DNA of 64,000 bases, from contig OX597819.1 of the NCBI GenBank assembly GCA_951406725.2, positions 126,852,001 to 126,916,000 of the forward strand. Reading direction: 5' to 3'. The notes below the pieces were generated by a model that did no database searches, was not told the DNA's origin, and was given only the letters and a program-made list of their open reading frames with translations. Within the stretch, counting starts at the first letter, position 1, and each line of letters starts with the position of its first letter. The translations under genes were made by a program, and so were the position numbers. This stretch comes from Octopus vulgaris (taxonomy: Eukaryota). This document shows, piece after piece, positions 1 through 13,795 of the stretch.

Positions 1-32
<32 letters not shown>

Positions 33-542
33 CTGTCACCTGATAAAACAAGGGGACAAACAGCAGGACCGATGAAAGTGCTTTATCTTAATACGATAGG
101 AATAGATAGATCTATCTACCTCTATCGTAGACAAATTGATAGATAGATAGAAAGAGACAGAGAGAGATAAAGAGACAGAGAGAGAGAATGGGATGAGATG
201 AGATAAGATCATAACCCTTTCTCTCCAGTTTGAAATTTAAAGCCCGCACGTGCCAGGAGATTTTATTTCCCCCCGTCTCCTCCTCCTCCTCCCACTCCTG
301 TATTACTGCTACCACCTCAGCTTTCATCATTTCATTCTCACTTTCTCGCACCCATCGTCATATCTTCTGCTATCTTGTTACTGTTTTGCTTTCCTTTACT
401 CGTTTTGTATCTTTTAACTAAATAGTCTCATCTTGTTTACGTTTGTCATCAAATAGTGCTTCCTTTGTTTTTCTTTCTGATTTTCTCTCTCTCTCTTGCG
501 CGCGTGTGTGAATGTTTTCTTATAGACTCTTTCCCATATCTC

Positions 543-579
<37 letters not shown>

Positions 580-1002
580 ACGCATGCATGCTCGCGCGTT
601 GCGGTGATTATTGTTGGTTTTTTAGTTCCTTAATTAAGCTAACCCATAGTCGAAAGCATAAACCTTTATTTTATAGGTAATTTCAACTACTTGTCCATTG
701 CTGGTGTTGTTTAGCTCAAGATATCTCTCATCGGGAAAACGAATGATCAGACGTTCCAGCTATGACCTTCCTATTTCATTCTCAACAATAGTGTGGTCTT
801 ATCTTAAATTATTGAATGCATTATGGTGTTCTTCAGCGGGTATTGGCTATTTCTACGATCCGAGTGGCCGTATAGCGTTACCCCCGTTAGCACATTGGAA
901 CTTTTGCTTAGGAGAGTGGTACTTGATTTGAGAGAGACTTGGCTCTTGTTTCTTGAATATAGGATGCCTAAACATATGTTCCCTTGTCGCGACAAGCATA
1001 TA

Positions 1003-1530
1003 TTTCATTTTTTCATTTCACTTCACCTAGTTTCAGCTCACGAGCTGTGGCCATGCTGGGGCACCGCCATTCGGTGTTGCTACATGATTTTACTTCACGA
1101 ATGCTTTTTAGCAATCGACATTTGATGCATGAGATAGTTTGATGCAGCTGCCTTCATCTGAACCTCCTGTCGTTAAGTTGGTTCATCTGGGACACCTAAC
1201 AGGAAGAGGTCCAGCTTTATTTTGAAGACATCTGCATCCACCCCATGAAGGTCTCACAGGTCTTTCGGGAGGATATTGAAGAGCTGTGGACCTCTGAAGC
1301 CCAGGCTATCGCAGTATCTTGTCCTACATCTTGATGGCAAATTTGGAGTCCTTGGCACTATGCAGTGGCGCCTAGTTCTAGTATTTGTGTAACTCTCGAT
1401 GCCAAAGTTTGGGACAAGTCCATCTAGGATCTTCCAGATGTGTCATAGCATATCTTTCTCGCCTACGCTCTAAGGAATAGAGTCTTAATCTTTTGAGTCT
1501 TTCCCAATAGCTTATATCTTCAATATCTGC
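1003..1530 (-). mobile_element. 3' end of a CR1/L2-group LINE (decayed ORF2 C-terminus, 3' UTR and tail)
   Basis: Minus strand reads ISYWERLKRLRLYSLERRRERY, a typical post-RT motif, and later PDEPT...AASNYL. It ends in GGCGGTGCCCCAGCATGGCCACAGCTCGTGAGCTGAAAC plus a (TGAAA)-like tail. Confidence 0.8.
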
Positions 1531-2304
1531 ACATAACCATAGTATATATACCACCATACACATTTAATCTCTCTCAATCTGCGTCCTCTCTCTCTTCCCT
1601 TCCTCTCTTTATGAATACACCTTGCTATTATTAGCAATTTTAGGGGTAGTGACTTGACAGAACTGCTAAAGCGTCGATCAAAATGTTTTACGGTTTTATA
1701 TTACGGTGTTTTAAGTCCTATTTTCACATCCCAAGAAATCAACCTGTCTTTCATACTTTTGAGCTTACTAGAATACAGAAGCAGCCAAATACTGGGAACG
1801 ATGTATTGTAATCGACTTAACTCCATCTTTTAAAAAATTGTTGGATCTCTGACTCAATTAGAAATTAGCAGCAGTTTGATTGGCAGAGCATTTAGAGCGT
1901 CGAAGAAAATTATGTTGTATTTATTCCGGTCCTTAGCGCTCAAATACTGCTGAAGCCAAACTTTATCCATTCGAAATCGATAAAATAAAGTACCAGCCAG
2001 GTACTTTGAATGTGTAGCTGTGACATGCTGGAAGCATTTATAAGTATACTTAGTATATCTCAAAAGTATAAGTACATTTTAGTATATCTCAAAATCGGTA
2101 TCTGGATTTGCTTCAACCAAAACTCTTTGACAATACCATCAATTTTAACCTTTAGTATACTGTGGGTGCATCATATCACCGTATGAGTTTTCTCCCTTGT
2201 ATTAACAGAGGCGGGGGGGGGACAATTCTAGAGAAAAAGCAGTGTGCTAAAGCCTAATTAATCTTGAATTTGACACAAGATATATAATTTAATCTGTGTC
2301 TGTA

Positions 2305-2462
2305 AGACGGGCTTCTGTGAATTTTCCCCTCTATCAAAGTCCTTCACAAGTATTGCCCAGTCTGGGGCAATAGTACAAATCAATTGCTCGAGTTCTGTGC
2401 TTTGGTACTTAACCTGAAGCTATGTGTTTGCGCAATTAACGTCTTAAGTATGCAGCCATCCT
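2305..2462 (-). mobile_element. Degraded tRNA-derived CORE-type SINE, same family as 52337-52552
   Basis: gacgggcttctg...ccttcacaag...tggggcaatagtac...cttaagtatgcagccatc is the diverged reverse complement of the 52337 element. Confidence 0.5.
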
Positions 2463-2766
2463 ATACTCATGGTAATGTACACACATACACACACCAAAAA
2501 AATGTAACATATATAAACGCAGAGAGGTATGCAAAGGAATGTTACACCAACATTAAAAGCCATATTAAAATAAGTCTAACAAGAGAAGAACGATAGATAA
2601 ATGCTCAGATAGATTGGTAAACAGTTAGATTGGTAAACATAGATAGCAAGAACGTGAGTGAAAGCGCTATAAAGAAAGAAGCGGATATGAGAGGTGAAGT
2701 GGACATGGTAGGTGCGAGTGGAACCATGTTAGCAATGGAAGTACGGGTGTGGCTTATTATTTTTTG

Positions 2767-2912
2767 CATATATATATATATATGTATATATGTGTGTGTA
2801 TATATATATATACACACCATATATACATACATACATACATATATATATATACAGACACACATACATACATCCTGTTAAAGGGTAGTTTTCTTTTGTTTTT
2901 AAATGTACACTA

Positions 2913-2950
<38 letters not shown>

Positions 2951-2961
2951 CACACACACAC

Positions 2962-2992
<31 letters not shown>

Positions 2993-3073
2993 AATACATA
3001 CATATATATATACACACACATATATATATACATATATATACACATACATATATATATATATACATATATATAC

Positions 3074-3104
<31 letters not shown>

Positions 3105-3162
3105 CACACACACATATATATATATATACACACATGCATATACATATATATATATATATATA
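2767..3162. repeat. Compound (TA)n/(CA)n microsatellite
   Basis: Seen directly; it generates the IYIY-type ORFs. Confidence 0.95.
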
Positions 3163-3546
3163 TGATGTAAATATTTTTTCTTTAAGAATGAGTATATGTA
3201 TTGTTTGTGTTGAAAGACTTGGCGTAGCTTGTTGTTTGGAAGAAACATGTACAGCGAAAGAAAGAAAGAAAGAAAGAAAATGTAACAATTTGTGTGTGCG
3301 CGTGTGTGTGTGTGTTTGTGTTTATGCGTGCTAGTGTGTGCAAGTGTGCTTCGTTTTATGGATGTGTTGGGAGGTGCAGGTTGGGTTTAAGCTTCGGAAA
3401 TTTGTATTTATTTATTTAGTATCTTGTAATATTAGCTTTCTTTATAGTTGTTAGGTGTTTTCATTCGTAAAGTGTGCCAGCTAGTTATGGGTCAGTGCCT
3501 AATTTGACCCGCTTGTTTTACATCTTTTTTTTTTAATACTAAACTA

Positions 3547-3577
<31 letters not shown>

Positions 3578-3637
3578 GCTACTACTCATTAATAAGTCGT
3601 CGCGGGCATACTAATTTTAGATACATAAGTACATATA

Positions 3638-3677
<40 letters not shown>

Positions 3678-3701
3678 CACATATGCATACGCACGTATAC
3701 T

Positions 3702-3777
<76 letters not shown>

Positions 3778-3949
3778 CATTAATTTTACGCTTCCGCTCA
3801 AGCACACACAAGAGCGGTTAAGTCGCTCATTTCTAGCTTGCAACAGAATTGTACAGACTTTACTGTGCTTATATACAAGTGACTTCATGAATAAGTTTGT
3901 ACCATTGACAAGTTATAAAAGAATGGACATAAAAAAATCCCCCAATTAT

Positions 3950-4600
3950 CTATTAACGCACTCTTATTCATAAATATACATAGACTTACACACACTCATG
4001 CCCGCGCGCACATTTCAGTTCGTTAATGGTCAGAAGAATAGCAGCTTATAACGGCAAACTTAAGCCGTCGTCACCCGATTTAACACCCGGCTGGTCTTTG
4101 GGATGTGTTTAACAGAGTCCACTCTTTTGTAAGTATTTCGGTTCGTTCATTGGTTTGAAGCTAAGTTTCTCCCTTCAACCCACTACGATTAAACATTAAA
4201 ACTAATTGACGAGAGAATCCCAAGCATACCATATAAGCCAATATAAAGATAACCAAGCCTCAAACGAACATCACCAATGAAATAGCAAATGGTTTAATAA
4301 AAATATATATAAACGCCTCTACACAGCTCTTTGACATGCTAAAAATAGCATTCAAATTTCCCTCCACAAAATACACTCAATTTTCAAAGGCATTTTCCCC
4401 GACTCTCTTCAAGTTTTACCGTTCCATCAATTGGAACATAAGTTTTTATACTCTTTGTGATCTTCTAAGATTAAGGAATATTTATCTAAGGATCAAAGAC
4501 CAGTCTATGTACCACTGGTCCAAGAGAGTATTTGAACTCAATGCTATTAACTAGGCAAGTATTTCGTCCCTGATAACATCCCCACTGCTTAATTTTAGTA
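3950..4600 (+). mobile_element. Possible highly decayed Penelope-like element (GIY-YIG endonuclease region)
   Basis: Fragments MVRRIAAYNGKL (about 4026), IYINAST (about 4303) and KYTQFSKA...INWNI...LCDL (ORF 4336) follow the order of motifs I recall from Penelope endonuclease C-termini. Heavily degenerate. Confidence 0.35.
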
Positions 4601-4948
4601 AAACTGAGTTCCCATGTTCCATGATGCCTATTTGTAGTTGAGTGTCATGAGTGTTTCGGACTTCAGTTTCGTTTCGTTTGTGTTACCTTCAGTACTAGTA
4701 ACCAGATCGTTCTACCATTTTCAAAATGGAAAACGTCACCTTCGAGACAAAAACATTTGTGATTTTTTGATAACGTCTACTAAAAACAACCCTCGGGAAA
4801 AGTTTAACGTCATCTATTTTGCTTTGCTTTTTACTACAGTGATATGAGAAGTCATGTGATTAATCAGAGATAAATTAATAACCCAAACATTTTAAGTAAT
4901 TACATTAAATGTAAGGGAGGTCACTTCTGTACACAAATGTAAGATGGA

Positions 4949-5029
<81 letters not shown>

Positions 5030-6264
5030 ATACAAATATACATACATATATATAAGCAATTAATTATATTAGTCGGCTCATCAAAGTTTGCCAATCCACT
5101 GATTATCTGCTTGTACACAATGCAATCAGCCTATTATGCTAGCGGCGCGAATTCGTGTGTGTTTCTCTATATATGTACGCATGCATGTGTTCGATGTATT
5201 TCACATGACATTGATGATAGTATCTTTTACCTAAGTGATCTAATTAGTGCGAGATGTAACCCAGAGATGTATCTCCGTTGGCAACAAAGGGTTTCAGTCT
5301 CTGCACAAAATACAGACCGTATAATAAATATTGCATGATGATATCGAACGGGTGGTACAATAAATGTAGAAGATCAAATGTAGTTGGGAAGAAGAGAGGC
5401 CAGTTTGATATGTTGTATGTGTAACCTTAACTTGCTTTAAGTGTTAAAGCACAACTGAGATGGGAAAACATCTAAGTTATTAAGACATCTCTCTTGGCAT
5501 TGGCAGTAAAAGTTGGTGCTGTGGTGAGATCAGATCTCAGGGTGCCACGGAGAAGATAAAAGACGAGTAGGCCTTAGTGGTGCCGTAATGCAGTTTATCT
5601 GATTATACCTTTGATAGATTGTAATTTATTCTTAGGTTTCACCTCGATATCTCTTCATGTAATTGGTTGAAAGAAATACATAACCCCTCTCTCTTTCAGT
5701 CGATGAGTAGCCCTGTTTTCATTATCCGTTCCAAATGTAGTTAAGAAAAGAAACAGAAAAAATAAAAAGGCGCTAGTATTAGGGATATAGCATTTTTGAC
5801 TCGGAATGACCCAGTTCTTCTTTAGGCTCATATCAACCCTGGTCGGGCAGACCGATGAAATGTGAACTCTGGACACAACCATTAAATACTTTTGTGTACC
5901 TAGGACAGTGGAGGGGAAACCTAAAGTACGCAGGAGAGCAGCGATGTATCACGGATTCATAGGTGACATGCAATGGACGGTGAAAATAAATCGTCTTGCA
6001 ATATCATGTTATAAAAAATTCTTATCTATTAACACAGACCTAAAACATAAATACAAAATGCTAGTGATAGTTCATTGACAGAATTATTCAAGAAATTTAC
6101 ATATCGGCATACCGGACTAAAATGTTTCGCTATCACCGAGTTCGAATAACTTTGCTTGAATGCATCCTTCATTTTAAGTCGATAGGGTCTGATTTGAACA
6201 AGAACCGAACGACAACAATGCAGGGGCTACAAGCTTTGCTTTATTAATGGTAGTTAGTTACGGG

Positions 6265-7023
6265 TGAAAGGCGGCGAGCTGGCAGAGACGTTAGCACGCC
6301 CGGGGCGAAAATGCGTAGCCATATTTCGTCTGCCGTTACGTTCTGAGTTCAAATTCCGCCAAGGTCGACTTCGCTTTTCATCCTTTCGGGGTCGATAAAT
6401 TAAGTACCAGTGAAACACTGGAGTCAATATAATCGACTTAATCCGTTTGTCTGTCCTTATTTGTCCTCTCTGTGTTTAGCCCCTTGTGGGTAGTAAAGAA
6501 ATAGGTAATTCGTTTGCCGCTACCTTCTGAGTTCAAATTCCGCCGAGGTCGACTTTGCCTTTCATCATTTCGGGGTCGATAAATTAAGTACCAGTGAAAC
6601 ACTGGGGTCGATATAATCGATTTAATCCGTTTCTCTGTCCTTATTTGTCCCCTCTGTGTTTAGCCCCTTATGGGTAGTAAAGAAATAGAAATAGGTATTT
6701 CGTCTGTCTTTACGTTCTGAGTTCAAGTTCCGCCGAGGTCGACTTTGCCTTTCATCCTTTCGGGGTCGATAAATTAAGTACCAGTGAAACACTGGGGCCG
6801 TTTGTCTGTCCTTGTTTGTCCCCTCTGTGTTTAGCCCCTTTTTGGTAGTAAAGAAATAGGTATTTCGTCTGTCTTTATGTTCTGAGTTCAAGTTCCGCCA
6901 TGGTCGACTTTGCCTTTCATCCTTTCGGGGTCGATAAATTAAGTACCAGTGAAACACTGGGGCCGTTTGTCTGTCCTTGTTTGTCCCCTCTGTGTTTAGC
7001 CCCTTTTGGGTAGTAAAGAAATA
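6265..7023 (+). mobile_element. tRNA-derived SINE family 1: one full copy plus three head-truncated tandem units, flanked by a 16-bp TSD
   Basis: Head GGCGGCGAGCTGGCAGA, B-box-like GAGTTCAAATTCC, core GTCGACTTTGCCTTTCATCCTTTCGGGGTCGATAAATTAAGTACC. TSD ggtag(t/c)tagttacggg at 6249-6264 and 7024-7039. Confidence 0.9.
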
Positions 7024-9882
7024 GGTAGCTAGTTACGGGAATTGTACAATTTCCACCATGTTTTTCTCCATTTTTTTTTGTCATTCTTTTCCCTGCATTA
7101 TCGTCTGTTACTCAGTCTTATTCGCTACGATGACATTGAATTTCTCCTATAATTCAGACGGAACTCATAGCACTTGATAAAAACAAAACTGAAGCCATTC
7201 CATTTCTACCATTTTCTTTTCTTTTAAGCACTTTATAAGCAAATTAAATCGTCTGTCGCAGTCCACTCGTACCGTTTCTTCACCAGATCATTCTCTCTTC
7301 CTTACTATATTTCGCTCTTTCTCATTATTCATAATATCAACGCTAACTTCTTTCTTTGTCTTTTTGTGCGTCGTCTTTCATTGAGACATCCTCTATCTTG
7401 TATGTATGCGCGCACGCACACACACACACACACACACGTACGCATGCGCGCGCTACTTTCATGCTGGTCTTTGTTGTCATATCAATTTGTTCGATGAGTT
7501 AGCTGGGAATTACCGGAATCTGATCGCACTGGACCGTGAAGGTTAGCTGTATCGCCCAGGAAAGAAAAAAAAAGAATTTACTCTAGTCTCCTTTTAGCCA
7601 TGGGCTTTGTACCTCACCCCTTTTCTTCTGATATTTTATTTCTGTTTGTAATAAAGGAATAAATAAATAAATAAATAAATAAATGCAGGAGGGTGAGAAA
7701 GAGTGAGAGAAAGTGATGGATATCACGCTGTTATGTAAACAATATCTTAATCTGATTAACATTTATTGTTGTTATTATTATTATTATTATTGCATCTTCC
7801 TCTCATCGCACTTTGGTCTCTATCCTTTGGTTGCATATATTATCTTTTTCTTCCCTCGGTTTGCATCCGAGTATCACTTCGGTATTGAAATGGAGCTGTC
7901 GAGATGTCGGGTTGACAGTAGACGTGGTTGCGGTGGGAGGCAGTAAATATGTGATAGTAGTGAAAGTAAGGGAGCGGGGTGGGGTGGGAGGGTGACACAA
8001 TCTGCCTTTGTGATGAAAATTATTCAAAAGAAAGGACAAGTGAATTTTGGGGATTTGTAGAATACCCTCATACTACTACTACTGCTACTACTACTACTAC
8101 TACTACTAACAATGAAAATAACTTCATTTATTAGCCAGAAGGACCCAAGTCGTTCTGGGTAGTACAAAGACGTAATACAAAAGAAATAACGAACATGAAA
8201 ATGTGCAAAGTAATAAAGATGCAGTGATAATGGATAATGACATTACAGGACAACAAAATAATACGAAGAAGGGTTTCCCCACCAAATGGGGGGTTCAACC
8301 ACATAAAATGATGCGAAGTACCATGCAAACAAGTCCGATTGTCTTAATACATAAGATGTAGTTTCTTTTGTTGTTACTATTCTAGGATTTCTACTTTAGA
8401 AGAAATAGCTGCGATCATGAACTTTTCTGTCACTTCTTGGTTTTGGTGATGCTATGTAGTCACATGTATGTTCTGATCTTATCTTATGTTAAAAATCTTA
8501 TGTTAAAAAACGGCAACAAGAAGCAGCAGACAAGGGAACAAGGGACTAATTACTTAGTCCGCTGGATAATGCAACCAAATTTTCTTCAAACCGTACCTTG
8601 TCGTCTTTTATAGAGAAAAATGAAGAAAACATTGGCTAGTAGTAGATATACAATATACGCTAAACAGATGAGTGGAATGTCTACGCAAATAACTGAAATG
8701 ACTAGGTGTTCATTTGCGATTGACTGTAACACTTCCGGGATCATGTTGACTTTCAATAGGCTCAACTGTTAAGATCTGGTGTAAAGGATTTTTGATAAGC
8801 AGTATCTACGATTAATTTGCACATTGTACTCCATCTAGTGACTGGTAGAGATTTGTTAATTTTCTACTTATTTGGTATATGAATAAGAATTATGATTCTT
8901 GTTGCTCTTAAGCTCACGCAACCCAAGTTCTATAGACGCATAACCAAAGGCATTCCAGCTATGACCACGCCGGATATTTTTGGAGATTATATTATCCAAT
9001 GTACTTTTCCTAGATAGGGTTTGGTCTGATGGATAATTAGTTGCTATTTTTTACTCATAGAGGATTACTCATTGACTTGAGTTACTGGTATTTGGTAACC
9101 AGAATCTGTGATGATTGTAGTTTATAAAATTGTTCTCGTTTTCTTTCTTTGTTTTTTTTTTTTGTCTTTGATAATCTCATTTAAAAAATATATTGAGAAA
9201 GAAATATGGCACTAATTCTTATCAAACTCCGCCCATCAAAATTTTCTGAACTTCATCTTGGAATATATACGAAGCGGTTCTTAAATTATGTGTGTGTGTG
9301 CATGCATGCATGTATATTTTATGATGTGTGTAATACAAATAATAGTACTCTGTGCATGGTGTATGTATGCATACATTCTCATGCATGTGGTTTATATTTT
9401 ATTGTTTATATACTTATTCATTTATTTATTTCAAGTCCTACTGCTTTTATGAACCTGTTTGTACTGCTGTCGAAAATATGCTATGGATGAGCGCTTACTT
9501 AAGAAGCACAACTTAATTTTATACCCCCATAAGAACTGCCAGCAACAACTTTGCACGTGCCTTCCATCCAAGCGTGATTGAAATCGCCTAATTCGTATAA
9601 ACAGCTGAAATCTCTCTATTTCCACCCACTAAACTTTCGTAGTTTCAGTCGAAAATAAAGAATGGAAAGAAAAAAAAAAAAGAATATTGAATCGATTTTC
9701 ATTTAATTTAATAAATTGATTTAATGATTGATTTATTTTTTAATTATAATTTTTTTCTGGTTAGTGGAAAAATTCGACTCCTAAATTTACATAAAAAAAA
9801 TGCAGCCACTGTTTCTGTCTGACTGACGTTTCATAGGTTAGTTAACATATATGTATTTATCTAGCTATTCAATTAGAATACG

Positions 9883-9963
<81 letters not shown>

Positions 9964-10203
9964 GTCTGTCTGTCTATCTAACCATCTATCTATCTATCTG
10001 TCTGTATATCTATCTGTCTGTCTGTATATCTATCTATCTGTCTGTCTGTCTATCTAACCATCTATCTATCTATCTGTCTGTATATCTATCTGTCTGTCTG
10101 TATATCTATCTGTCTGTCTGTATATCTATCTGTCTGTCTGTATATCTATCTGTCCGTCTGTGTGTCTATCTATTTGTCTATCTATCTATCATCTATCTAT
10201 CTA

Positions 10204-10266
<63 letters not shown>

Positions 10267-10282
10267 ATATCTACTTATCTAT
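9883..10282. repeat. (TCTA)n/(TCTG)n compound tetranucleotide microsatellite
   Basis: Seen directly; includes a 20-bp higher-order unit TATATCTATCTGTCTGTCTG. Confidence 0.95.
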
Positions 10283-10964
10283 ATGACATGTATACAAGTT
10301 ACACTGCGGGACTTTTCTTTATCATTAGTAGTTGATTTGACATCACCGTGATTTAGGTATTTTTCGACAGCATCATCTCTTTCCTTCACACGATGTTGAA
10401 AGCAGCATGACGCTATTGGGGCATGTCTTGGCGTTAAGAATGTATTCAACTCAACTTGAATAAATTATAAACAATTGAGGAAATATGAAACCATAATATA
10501 TGAATCTCTGTTGCGTGTGCGCAGAGCGAAAGATTCTATCATGAAGATGCTTGACAATTTAAGACTCAAGTAATAGTAGTGGTGGTTGCGGTGGTGTTAA
10601 TAGTAGTATTTGTAATACACTGTCTTGAGAATTTCACGCACAATGGAAAGAGATTCGAATAAGAAGCAGAAATATAGCTTCCTGTTTTTAGTTGGACTGT
10701 TTCTCCAAACCTTTCTGTATGTCACTCTGTTTTCTAGATTTGTTTTTTCTACTTCTCAGTGATTTGGTCTATTCTCTTCATTCTTTTTATCTCTCATCCC
10801 ATCTTTTATTACTGATAACTTTTCACTTTAATTTTGTTTTATAAATTTCATAAATCTAAGGTCCCTTTTTGTCTATTGATATTATTATGGATATTATGCG
10901 GGTGAGTTTTCTTCATACATAGGCATAGTCACCTGTAGGCCCACCTTATACAACTATTTTATAC

Positions 10965-11199
10965 TTATTTCTTTACTACCCACAAGGGGCTAAACACAGA
11001 TGGGACAAACAAAGACAGACAAACGGATTAAGTCGATTACATTGACCCTAGCGCGTAACTGGTACTTAATTTATCGACCACGAAAGGATGAAAGGCAAAG
11101 TCGACTTCGGCGGAATTTGAACTCAGAACGTAACGGCAGACGAAATACCGCTAAGCATTTCGCCTGGCGCGCTAACGTTTCTGCCAGCTCACCGCCTTG
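10965..11199 (-). mobile_element. SINE family 1, full copy, antisense to the gene
   Basis: Reverse complement of the 6270 element. 11-bp TSD ctattttatac at 10954-10964 and 11200-11210. Confidence 0.9.
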
Positions 11200-13231
11200 C
11201 TATTTTATACTGTAGCCTCGACTTCTTTGGGACTGAGCAAAAATACAAAGTACATTGTATATATGTATTTGTGTGTGTATAAGTACAAAAAAGTATTTCT
11301 GGATGCCTCTCGTAATTTAGATGCTCGGTTAATGGATTCAATAACTTGTGTATTAGACTGTAATGAATATTGGATTTCATATATTTGACTAAAGACTCTT
11401 GAAAGTATTGCTCCAGCATGGCCGCTTTCTAATGATTAAAATCTTTTATATATGGACAAAGCTTTTGCCTCGTATACGTTACGAGATTGTGCAATTAATA
11501 AGAAAATTAATTGTTATTGAAATTAGAAAGAAAAAATTAGCAAAACACTTAACAGTTCTTCCCATGGAAGCGTTTCTTTCATTAATTAAGAATATAACGA
11601 ATTGATTATATTACACTAAGCAATATGATTAAATACGAGCGAAATATTTCCTGCTTAACGTTGAGGGAATTTTCCTTTTTCCCGTTAAAACTTAAAATAT
11701 GTCATTAAAATGAAAATATTAATAATTCATGCTATTTTATTTTTCGTAATTTTTTTTTTCTTTTCGGAAGAGGAAGAAATTAATTAAAAGAAAGGCATTT
11801 AGAATATATATCTTGCAAAGCTGTAAGATACGATTGTGTAATATTAGTATCCGGAAATGGCAATATTGCTAATGAATTCCATATGTTGATTAACAAACTT
11901 TAGATCTTTAAAAAAAATCCTCTCAGTCATCTTTTCTGCTGAGGAACATCACACGAAAAAATTTTAAGCATACACCTAATACACTTAATGCATTGATTGA
12001 TAAGTGTTTGGTTCAATTAATGAAAAGATCATGAAAAATTATGTCCTTAATTTTTTTTTTCAAACTGGGGCCTCTCGAAACAGTTTCCTCACCAGCAGAC
12101 CGTTTCATTAAGGATTTTCACATTGTTTAACGTCTTATTGCAAACTTGGCTTCTACCATAGCCTTGGATTGAGAGGAGCCGTTTTGGTAAAATTTGATAA
12201 CCAGAAGCCCATCGCATTAGATTAATTACCCATTTTTTGTTCATTGGACATAAACTAGTCTGGTCGCATTGTTAAGCACTACCTCTCAATCCTCGGACAC
12301 TTTTAGTAGATTCTACTGTGATGCAAACATTTGGACCAGATTCCCGTTCTTTTTCTCTCTGTTAACCTCGGAATTATTCCCCCGACAAAAAAAAAAAAAT
12401 CTGGTTCTATATCCTTCCTCCTCTGTTGAATCTATAGCGCTTATCCCAACCTCTCAGCCTCCTAAATATAAAAAAAGTAAGCCTTAATTTAATTAGATTC
12501 GCGATTGAACAAATATAATTCAATCAGTGACACAGGAAGAAACAAAGGCATATTTAATAGCAGCGAGATTTGAACTCAGAACCTAGGCGGTCATAACTCA
12601 TACAACATCATATCTATACAGCAGAAAGCCTTTTGTCCCACGCTCTAACTGATTCTACCAATCCATTACCCTTCTCAAATTGATATCTGTAATAAAAGAA
12701 TATTAATATGAGAGATTATAGTAATAGTGATAATGATAATGATGATGTTGATAGCATTCATAAAAATAAAGATTCTCGTAATAACAAAGGTCTATTTTGG
12801 TTTATAATCGCTATTTTATAGACATGAGTATCGTATATATGCTGTTCATTAGAATTTACAGCTCCTTTAGATCAACCATACATGAAAACCATTTCAGACA
12901 TTTTGTCGACTCGTTCAAGATCAATATAAAATTAGATTTTATTTATAAAGTCTTCATCTTTTCTCAGATTTCATAAAAGTCGAAAAGGAAATTAGCAACA
13001 ACGTTAATAAATACGACTAGAACAAAAATGGTGGAAGAAATGAACATTTTCATCAAATAATTGTGTAATATTTACTGAGCTGTTGCTTTGTTTTAAAATT
13101 GATAGTTCTATGTGTGGATGTATGTGTATGTGTGTTCCGTATGTGGCAACGAGTTGAAATGTGAAGAATGAAAAAGCTTTGAGGTTTGAAATTAACTTAC
13201 ACACGCGCGCGTACTTAAAAGTGATAGCCGT

Positions 13232-13268
<37 letters not shown>

Positions 13269-13708
13269 GTAACGAACTGAAATACAAAGAATGAAGAGCT
13301 TTGAGGTAACCTTATTTTCATGTACATGAATATACGCATACGTACAGAGCAGTATGTTTGAGTTTATTAATGTTCAAAATATATCTAACCAGTAAAAGAA
13401 AACGACGGATGTAGGGGCAGGAGGTTCAAGGATGGAAAATACCTTCTTGATTAAATATTACGAGTTTCTTACTCTATGAAAGGAAGAGAGATATCTTGAG
13501 AAATGCATTACCAACGGAAGAACAGACCGCTCTATAAAAGTAAAAGGAAGGAGTGTGGGTGTATGTGTTTGTAAGCATATGTGCGCGGTCATTATATATG
13601 TGTGTGTGTGTGTGTGTAAATACATATATGTACGTATGTATGAGTGTATATATATATATATATATTTGTGTGCATATTCACGTATGTAAATATATATAAG
13701 TACGTGTG

Positions 13709-13748
<40 letters not shown>

Positions 13749-13795
13749 CATACATACACACGTACTTATATATATTTACATACGTGAATATGCAC

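Noticed and set aside
2038-2094. 29-bp tandem duplication (tataagta...ttagtatatctcaaaa x2) and a similar small duplication at about 8481-8509
   Set aside because: Ordinary slippage duplications with no further structure.
6622-6957. Recurring peptide WYLIYRPRKDERQSRPRRNLNSE in ORFs at 6622, 11000, 19234, 19599 and 44319
   Set aside because: It is the antisense translation of the SINE family 1 core, not a protein family.
6270-7023. Repeated units superficially like a CRISPR array
   Set aside because: The units are 165-190 bp SINE copies with no unique spacers, no cas genes are present, and the context is eukaryotic.
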